Shown here piece after piece: positions 57,411 to 64,000 of a stretch of 64,000 bases of DNA. The translations under genes and the position numbers were made by a program. The notes below the pieces were generated by a model, which saw only the letters and a list, made by a program, of their open reading frames with translations, made no database searches and was not told the origin of the DNA. This DNA comes from a virus. The stretch lies in IMG/VR virus record IMGVR_UViG_3300021964_000041, positions 15,466 through 79,465 of that record; one strand, 5' to 3'. Position 1 is the first letter of the stretch; the number at the start of each line of letters is the position of its first letter.

Positions 57411-59227
57411 TGAGTAAGAAACCAGTATGGATTGCAGGTATTGCCAGAGGTCATAATTCTGGTGTATGCTTGTTAAAAGACGGCGAAGTTGTTTTTTCTG
57501 TTGAAGAAGAAAGACTATCAAGACAAAAATACGATGGAGGTCCTTTTGCCTCTATGGTTAAAATTTTAGAATACACAGATAAAATTGATTATCTTGTAGT
57601 AGCACATACGCAAAGTTTGAAAGAAACAGCACCTAAAGTTGATTACACAGGTGACGATGTTTACACAGGTCTTGCACGTAAACTAGGATTAATTAATAGA
57701 AAAGATAATCCGTACGAACACAGTCAAGTAATTGATATGAGTTTTGTGCATCATAAACTACATGCCGCACTTGCATTTTATCGTTCTGGGTTTGAAAAAG
57801 CAACAGCAGTAGTTGTTGATGGTGCAGGAACTTTTATTCCGTTAAACTTTAACGGTGAAATGATTATAGGTTGGGAAACCGAAACAATTTTCAGTTGTGA
57901 TTATCCAGGAAACTTTAAAACACTATGGAAACATATTGGTGTACAACAACCAAGTGTTCATCTAGTGAATCCTAATTTTGATAGTTCAATGTACAATGAA
58001 GATGGCACCCATACTTGTGTTATTACAGATGGCGCAGGTATTACTAAAGTCTATGAAGCAGTAACAGAATACTGTGGCTTTAGTAGCATTGAAGCAGGAA
58101 AAACTATGGGACTATTTCCATATGGTAAAGAAAATGATAAAATCCCGCCATTGTTTAGTAATGAAGGTAAACACCCAACTACTAATAGACAGTTAATTAT
58201 TCCTAACTATCCAAACGGTGCAATGGTAAACAGATTAGCATATGATTTCTTAGAAGAAGATGTTGACACACAACAACTACAACAGAAACAAGCGGATAGA
58301 ACACAGTTAACTAACCGTAGAGATCTTGCTTATGCTTGTCAAACACAAACACAAGATCAAGTTACAAACTTGATTAGACGTGCAGTCGAAATGACAGGAG
58401 AGAAAAACATTGTTGTTTCAGGGGGATATGCACTAAACTGTGTTGCTAACTATCATTATCTAGAAGCACTAAAAGATGAAGGTATTAATCTTTATGTTGA
58501 ACCTGTTTCTAATGATGCCGGTACTGCAATGGGTGCGGCTATGTTTATTCATAGAAGCATTACACAAGATAATACTGTTGCTCCTATTCAACATAAGTTA
58601 TATCTTGGCCCAACATACAACTACAAAGTAGATGATGTAGAAAAACTTGCAGAAGAATACGAAGCAGAAATTAAAGATGCAACTTATCAAGATGTAGTAG
58701 ACTTAATTGATAATAAAAATATTGTTGCTATGTGGCAAGGACAAAGTGAAAACGGTCCTAGAGCACTTGGTAATAGAAGTATTCTTTATGATCCAAGAGA
58801 TCCGGAAGGAAAAGATCACGTTAATACTGTAAAACATAGAGAATATTTTCGTCCGTTTGCAGGTACAATTCTTGAAAAAGATACTCATGAATGGTTTGAT
58901 TTGCGTGGTATGGAATCGTCACCTAGTATGATGTATGCTGTAAACTGTCAACCAGGTATTGAACAAAAAATTCCTGCAATTATTCATGTTGACGGTACAT
59001 GTCGTATTCAAACAGTTAACAAAGAACAGAATGAACATTTTTATAATTTGATTTCTGCTTTTAAAGAAAAAACTGGAGTACCAATTTTGTTTAATACAAG
59101 TTTTAATCTAGGTGGAGAACCGTTAGTTGAAGATCTAGTAGATGCGTTTGACACTATTAAGAATAGTGACATTGAATACTTGTATTTGCCAGAACACAAT
59201 AAACTAATAACTATGACGAATGAATAA
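57410..59227 (+). CDS. Carbamoyltransferase, NodU/CmcH/TobZ family
   Basis: HNSGVCLLKDG..EEERLSRQK, HHKLHA, VVDGAG, GKTMGL.PYG, SGGYALNCVAN, DAGTAMGAA, GPRALGNRSIL, KHREYFRPFAG, HVDGTCRIQTV, NTSFNLGGEPLV. Confidence 0.93.
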   Translation: MSKKPVWIAGIARGHNSGVCLLKDGEVVFSVEEERLSRQKYDGGPFASMVKILEYTDKIDYLVVAHTQSLKETAPKVDYTGDDVYTGLARKLGLINRKDNPYEHSQVIDMSFVHHKLHAALAFYRSGFEKATAVVVDGAGTFIPLNFNGEMIIGWETETIFSCDYPGNFKTLWKHIGVQQPSVHLVNPNFDSSMYNEDGTHTCVITDGAGITKVYEAVTEYCGFSSIEAGKTMGLFPYGKENDKIPPLFSNEGKHPTTNRQLIIPNYPNGAMVNRLAYDFLEEDVDTQQLQQKQADRTQLTNRRDLAYACQTQTQDQVTNLIRRAVEMTGEKNIVVSGGYALNCVANYHYLEALKDEGINLYVEPVSNDAGTAMGAAMFIHRSITQDNTVAPIQHKLYLGPTYNYKVDDVEKLAEEYEAEIKDATYQDVVDLIDNKNIVAMWQGQSENGPRALGNRSILYDPRDPEGKDHVNTVKHREYFRPFAGTILEKDTHEWFDLRGMESSPSMMYAVNCQPGIEQKIPAIIHVDGTCRIQTVNKEQNEHFYNLISAFKEKTGVPILFNTSFNLGGEPLVEDLVDAFDTIKNSDIEYLYLPEHNKLITMTNE

Positions 59228-59235
59228 ATATCGTT

Positions 59236-59655
59236 ATGGATTGGTTAAAATACTTTTTTAGCAAAGGTGCAAAAAACACAATTTCGCTTAAAGGCGGAAC
59301 AAATTTTTCATATGTAGGGCCGTGGGTAAAACTTGCGGCGTTACCTATTGAAACAAGGCTAGATCGCTGGCATTTGGGTGAATTTTGTGCAGTAGAGTAC
59401 AGCATTGTTGCTGATTATGACACCTTTAACAGAGAAATTATCAAGTGTATTGTAACAGCAGGTAAAGATATTGCAGACGTTACCATATACGGTCGAAGTA
59501 ATTTAGGTGCTCCGATACTAGATATTACTGCAACTGTTAATGCTTCGTATGTAGATATTATTGCTAAGCCGTCACAAGAAGATAGTACAGAATTATCTGG
59601 AGCAAAAGTGCTTTATCAAGCCACATATTTCAAGACAATTAACCCACCTGTATAA
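59236..59655 (+). CDS. Hypothetical beta-rich protein, likely virion-associated
   Basis: 139-aa ORF with TAAATA-N5-ATG start. Confidence 0.55.
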   Translation: MDWLKYFFSKGAKNTISLKGGTNFSYVGPWVKLAALPIETRLDRWHLGEFCAVEYSIVADYDTFNREIIKCIVTAGKDIADVTIYGRSNLGAPILDITATVNASYVDIIAKPSQEDSTELSGAKVLYQATYFKTINPPV

Positions 59656-59697
59656 CAGTTTACTGTTTTTGGTAAATATGTGTATAGGAGATTTTAA

Positions 59698-60693
59698 ATG
59701 GCTGTCACATTAAACCCGTTATACAGTAAATATGGCTTTAAAGGCCCTGGCTTCACAGTCGACAGTGAAGGTAATGTACAAGTAAAATCACTCTCAAGTG
59801 AAGTACTAATTACAGATATTGCTGTTACACAAGACGATACAAGCACAGTAAAAAGTTATGATATTACTGAATCAGCAGGACAGTTTGCTGTTGACGGTGT
59901 ATCACCTAATCCTGCAATCACGGTTGTAAAAGGTAGAACATACAGGTTCAATATTGATCTTACAATACTATCATGGAACATTAGAGACGGTTTAAATGTT
60001 GATGTTTCAACTGGAATTTCACATACAGTTGACGGTACAACTACATCTGGTACTGGAGCAAATAATGTTCAAGACGGATATGTAGAATGGACTGTACCTG
60101 CAAGTGGAACAGGATTTTATTATTCAGACATTGATGGCGATCCATTTAAATTATTTGTACTAGAAGAACCACAAGTAACTGGTACTGGTACATTCACATC
60201 ATTAATTGTAACAGGTACTTCAGAACTTAGAGGTGAAGTAACAATAAACGACGATGTTAATCTAAATGATTTATTAAAAGTACATAATACTACAAACTCT
60301 AATTCAAGTTCCACAGGAGCAGTAGTTATTAAAGGTGGTCTTGGCGTAGAAAAAGATGTTCACATTGCCGGCGACCTTATAGCAAAAAGTTTTAAATCAA
60401 ACGACGTTGGTGTACCAACATTATCTAGTAATACTAATTTACAATTTGAAGCAGATAATGCAGTAGTATTCAAAGTCGAGGGTGTAGAACGAGGAAGAAT
60501 TACAAGTTTAGGAAGTGATTTAAGAATTATAAACACAACAATCAATGATACAGTTATTGGTAATTCAGGACCAGCAGAAGGAACATTTACTAACGCAAAT
60601 ATAAAAAATACACCAACTAATGCAGACCATGCCGCTACTAAACAGTATGTTGATTCTGCAGACATTGTTTTTAGTATAGCGTTTGGAGCATAG
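59698..60693 (+). CDS. Fibre-like structural protein
   Basis: Degenerate cupredoxin-like module (PAITVVKGRTYRF), STGAVVIKGGLGVEKDVHIAG repeat, PTNADHAATKQYVD, hydrophobic C-terminal IVFSIAFGA. Confidence 0.6.
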   Translation: MAVTLNPLYSKYGFKGPGFTVDSEGNVQVKSLSSEVLITDIAVTQDDTSTVKSYDITESAGQFAVDGVSPNPAITVVKGRTYRFNIDLTILSWNIRDGLNVDVSTGISHTVDGTTTSGTGANNVQDGYVEWTVPASGTGFYYSDIDGDPFKLFVLEEPQVTGTGTFTSLIVTGTSELRGEVTINDDVNLNDLLKVHNTTNSNSSSTGAVVIKGGLGVEKDVHIAGDLIAKSFKSNDVGVPTLSSNTNLQFEADNAVVFKVEGVERGRITSLGSDLRIINTTINDTVIGNSGPAEGTFTNANIKNTPTNADHAATKQYVDSADIVFSIAFGA

Positions 60694-60694
60694 T

Positions 60695-63600
60695 ATGAGT
60701 CAAGAGAAAGAATATATTGTAGGACTAAAAAAAGGAATAGACTTTAAAAAATTTGACAACGAAATGATTATTGCAACAGGCAATGGTTATATTCCCCAAC
60801 GTTCTGTTACAGTAGCAAACCAAAGACCGCTTTCACAAAGACTTACTCATTACATGCTTACTGACGAAGAAGCAGAAAATTTAAGACACGATAACAGGGT
60901 TGAGTGTGTTGAGATTCCACCGGATCAGCGTGAAGATATAATGATTACACCTCTTGCTAGTCAACCTAGTAACTTTAGTAAAACTACTTCTGATTCAGGA
61001 CCTTATGTTAATTGGGGATTGAGAAGAGTAAATGAAAAATCAAATGTATACGGCGGATCAACTATTGTATCAGGTGACTACAACTATACACTAGATGGAA
61101 GTGGTATTGACTTTGTTGTACATGATAGCGGAATACAAAAAGATCATCCAGAGTTTCAAGATGCTAACGGTGTTAGCCGAGTAAAAGAAATAAATTGGTA
61201 TACAGAAAGTGGACTAACTGGTACACAGAATGCTAATCATTACAGAGATACAGATGGTCATGGTACTCACGTTGCTGGAATTGCCGCAGGTAAAACATAT
61301 GGTTGGGCAAAGAATGCTGACATATATGCACTAAAAGTTAGCGGACTAGAAGGTACAGGTGATAGTGGTACAGGTATTGGTATTTCAGATTGTTTTGATG
61401 TTTTGAAAGAATGGCATCGTAGAAAAGTTTCAGGTACATTTACACCTACTGATGCAAGTTATACTCCTGCAACCGGAATATTGATTTTGACATTAGGAAA
61501 TCATAATTTTGAATCAGGTGAAAAAATAAGAATAGCACCCGGTAGTTTAACATTTACTTGTGGTAAAGATAATTTTGCAAGTAATCACAGTTATCCAAGA
61601 AGTTCAGGCGCTCCAAATGCGGCTGGAACTGATCCATTTTACAATAAAGATATTACAATTACCGGAGTAACTAGCACAACTATCACAGTTAATATTGGTA
61701 TTAGTTCAGATACTACTGAACATAGATTTGTAAGTGCATTAACAGGTGCAGTAGAAGCAACAGGAGATAAAAGATTATTAACAAAGCGTCCAACTGTGGT
61801 AAACATGAGTTGGGGATATACTACATTTTTTGTAGGAATCAGTGGCGGCGTTTATAGAGGCACTTCATGGACTGGTAGTACGGCTAGAACAGACTACGGT
61901 ATGGTAGGTAGAGGTGGTAGACATCCTGTTCGTATAAGTAGTGTTGATATTGATATGGAAGAGTTAATTGACGCAGGAGTACATGTTACAGTAAGTGCAG
62001 GTAATTATAAACAAAAAATTGATGTAGAAGGCGGAGACGATTACGATAATCTTTACTATCAATATGGTCTTACAAGATATTATCATCGAGGCGGTTCTCC
62101 GTTCAGTGCTAACGCACACATAGTTGGAAATGTTGATAGTGTAGTCCATACTTCTAGCGGAACTATTTTAGAACAAAAATCAGACAGTTCAGAAACAGGT
62201 CCAGGAGTAACTGTGTGGGCGCCTGGTACAGATATAATGAGTGCTGTGTCGAACACAAACAATAAAAACGGCCAATCATATTATTTAGATAGTGACTTTA
62301 AACAATGTAATATTAGCGGAACAAGTATGGCGGCTCCTCAAGTAGCAGGATTAATTGCATTGTACTTACAAATTAATCCAGATGCAAGTGTAAAAGAAGT
62401 TAAGGATTGGATTAGTGATAATGCAGAATTAGATGATTTGTATCAACCTGGTGACGGAACGTCTTATATAAATGATCGATCATTGCTAGGAAGTTCACCA
62501 AAGTTTTTATTCAATCCTTATAATTCAAAATTTGGTTTAACTTTATATAGTTCTAGATCAGGCGAGTCTAGTGTTAGTTTAAGTGGTCCTACTTACACAA
62601 TGACTGCAAGTGCCGCGGTTGTAAATGAAGGTAGCAGTGTTGTTATTACATTATCAACAACAAATGTTGCAGATAGTACAAGCATACCGTATACAATTAC
62701 AGGCATTGGTTCTAGTGATCTAGTAAGTGGATCACTTACAGGAACTTTTATTGTTGGAACTAGAGATACTATTACATTAGAATTTGCAGAAGATAGTGTA
62801 ACAGAAGGTAACGAAACTGCAACAATAAGTTTAGATAACGGTCAAGCAAGTGTATCAGTACTTGTAAACGACAGCAGTGTTGCGACACCAACATACTCAT
62901 TAACAAGCAATGTTAGTGAAGTCGATGAAGGTGGTACAGTTGTTATAACACTAGCAACAACAAACGTTGTAACAGGAACAAATTTACCTTATACTGTTAC
63001 AGGCATTAATGCCGCAGATTTAAGCAGTGGTTCTTTAACTGGAATTTTTGTAGTTGGTGCTACAAATACTGCTACACTAGAACTTGCTAATGATTTAACC
63101 ACTGAGGGTGAAGAAACATTAACACTTGCACTAGATAACGGTCTTGCTGATGTTGCAGTTACAGTTAACGATACTAGTGAAAATCCTCCAACACCTACTT
63201 ATTCATTACAAACAAGTACTGCATCTGTAGACGAAGGTGGCACATTTACGATTACATTAAACACAACAAATCTAGCAAACGGAGTAAGTGTTCCTTATAC
63301 TATTACAGGCGTAAACAGTGCTGATATCGGTGGTGCTAGTCTGACAGGAAACTTTGTTGTCGGAACAACACCATCAAGAACTTTTAATGTTACAGCAGAT
63401 TTAACAACTGAAGGAACCGAAACGTTTGCACTTGCACTTGATAACGGTGACGCAAGTATTAATGTAACTATTAGCGATACGAGTTTAACACCAAGTGGAT
63501 CAAGTTATAATTTAACAAGCAATGTTAGTGAAGTCGATGAAGGCGAAACACTTACATTTACGCTTACAGGTACTAACATTCAAGATGGTACAACAGTTGG

Positions 63601-64000
63601 CTATACAGTAAGCGGTGTAACAACCGGCGATATCAGTGGTGCATCACTAACTGGTAATATAACAATGTCTAGTTCAGGATCAGATGCAGAATACAACAAT
63701 GGTGCATTAATTTCCGAGAACAATGGTACAGTGTTTAACAGAGCCCTAACTGTAAACGGATTGAAACTGGTTGTTGCAGGAGCAGTAGGCGGACAACTTG
63801 CAGTACCAGATGAATGGGCAAAGAAAACTGCAAGAACATTTGAATTAATGACTAACCCTAACGGCGCTGGCATTAACACTACACATCAACGCAATTTTAT
63901 TAAAACACTAAAAGGTGATACTGGAACAAAACACGCAGGAATACCTACAGTACAAAGAGTTGGCTATGGCGGCGGAAGTACATATACACCTAACTGGTTA
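60695..64000 (+). CDS. Subtilisin-like S8 serine protease with Calx-beta/Ig-like repeats (truncated by window end)
   Basis: Absent from the ORF track (no stop in window). Own translation: prodomain, VVHDSG (Asp 61124), DGHGTHVAG (His 61259), VVNMSWG, SAGN, ISGTSMAAPQVAG (Ser 62324), then ~97-aa repeats. Confidence 0.88.
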   Translation, partial: MSQEKEYIVGLKKGIDFKKFDNEMIIATGNGYIPQRSVTVANQRPLSQRLTHYMLTDEEAENLRHDNRVECVEIPPDQREDIMITPLASQPSNFSKTTSDSGPYVNWGLRRVNEKSNVYGGSTIVSGDYNYTLDGSGIDFVVHDSGIQKDHPEFQDANGVSRVKEINWYTESGLTGTQNANHYRDTDGHGTHVAGIAAGKTYGWAKNADIYALKVSGLEGTGDSGTGIGISDCFDVLKEWHRRKVSGTFTPTDASYTPATGILILTLGNHNFESGEKIRIAPGSLTFTCGKDNFASNHSYPRSSGAPNAAGTDPFYNKDITITGVTSTTITVNIGISSDTTEHRFVSALTGAVEATGDKRLLTKRPTVVNMSWGYTTFFVGISGGVYRGTSWTGSTARTDYGMVGRGGRHPVRISSVDIDMEELIDAGVHVTVSAGNYKQKIDVEGGDDYDNLYYQYGLTRYYHRGGSPFSANAHIVGNVDSVVHTSSGTILEQKSDSSETGPGVTVWAPGTDIMSAVSNTNNKNGQSYYLDSDFKQCNISGTSMAAPQVAGLIALYLQINPDASVKEVKDWISDNAELDDLYQPGDGTSYINDRSLLGSSPKFLFNPYNSKFGLTLYSSRSGESSVSLSGPTYTMTASAAVVNEGSSVVITLSTTNVADSTSIPYTITGIGSSDLVSGSLTGTFIVGTRDTITLEFAEDSVTEGNETATISLDNGQASVSVLVNDSSVATPTYSLTSNVSEVDEGGTVVITLATTNVVTGTNLPYTVTGINAADLSSGSLTGIFVVGATNTATLELANDLTTEGEETLTLALDNGLADVAVTVNDTSENPPTPTYSLQTSTASVDEGGTFTITLNTTNLANGVSVPYTITGVNSADIGGASLTGNFVVGTTPSRTFNVTADLTTEGTETFALALDNGDASINVTISDTSLTPSGSSYNLTSNVSEVDEGETLTFTLTGTNIQDGTTVGYTVSGVTTGDISGASLTGNITMSSSGSDAEYNNGALISENNGTVFNRALTVNGLKLVVAGAVGGQLAVPDEWAKKTARTFELMTNPNGAGINTTHQRNFIKTLKGDTGTKHAGIPTVQRVGYGGGSTYTPNWL
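62587..63665 (+). repeat. Three and a half tandem Calx-beta/Ig-like coding repeats
   Basis: Repeated TYSLT...VDEG..V.ITL.TTN.....PYT.TG....D....LTG.F.VG......D..TEG.ET..L.LDNG...V.V.NDTS; a 32-nt exact DNA repeat at 62900-31 and 63512-43. Confidence 0.8.

Noticed and set aside
1-64000. CRISPR array, rRNA, transposon or integrase; alternative genetic code
   Set aside because: No regularly spaced repeats or relevant motifs were seen, and long ORFs read cleanly in the standard code with TAA/TAG stops.

Overview
64 kb segment of an AT-rich, large T4-like myovirus genome (uncultured-type, probably aquatic; host not determinable), covering most virion morphogenesis genes. Minus strand 1-15.8 kb: baseplate cluster (giant wedge protein, gp6-, gp25-, gp5-, hub-, gp53/LysM- and tube-initiator-like). 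Plus strand 15.9-20.3 kb: gp55-like late sigma factor, gp47/gp46 (SbcD/SbcC) nuclease, a small basic protein and a short GIY-YIG nuclease, followed by a ~500-nt GC-rich, heavily base-paired non-coding region (best candidate for an undescribed large ncRNA/nuclease system). Next come a gp26/gp51-like pair apparently joined by a -1 frameshift, a tape measure-like gene, the head module (portal, Maf-like transferase, core, protease, scaffold, major capsid) and a long fibre/appendage region. That region holds two ~2,200-aa paralogues, three very Cys-rich Gly-rich proteins with two chaperone-like paralogues, a GT9-like glycosyltransferase, a NodU-type carbamoyltransferase and a truncated subtilase with Calx-beta-like repeats. 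Late genes carry a TAAATA box, often exactly 5 nt before the ATG, and two 5' leaders fold into multi-stem structures. No database searches were run: product calls rest on recognised motifs and synteny, and counts and pairings were done by eye.
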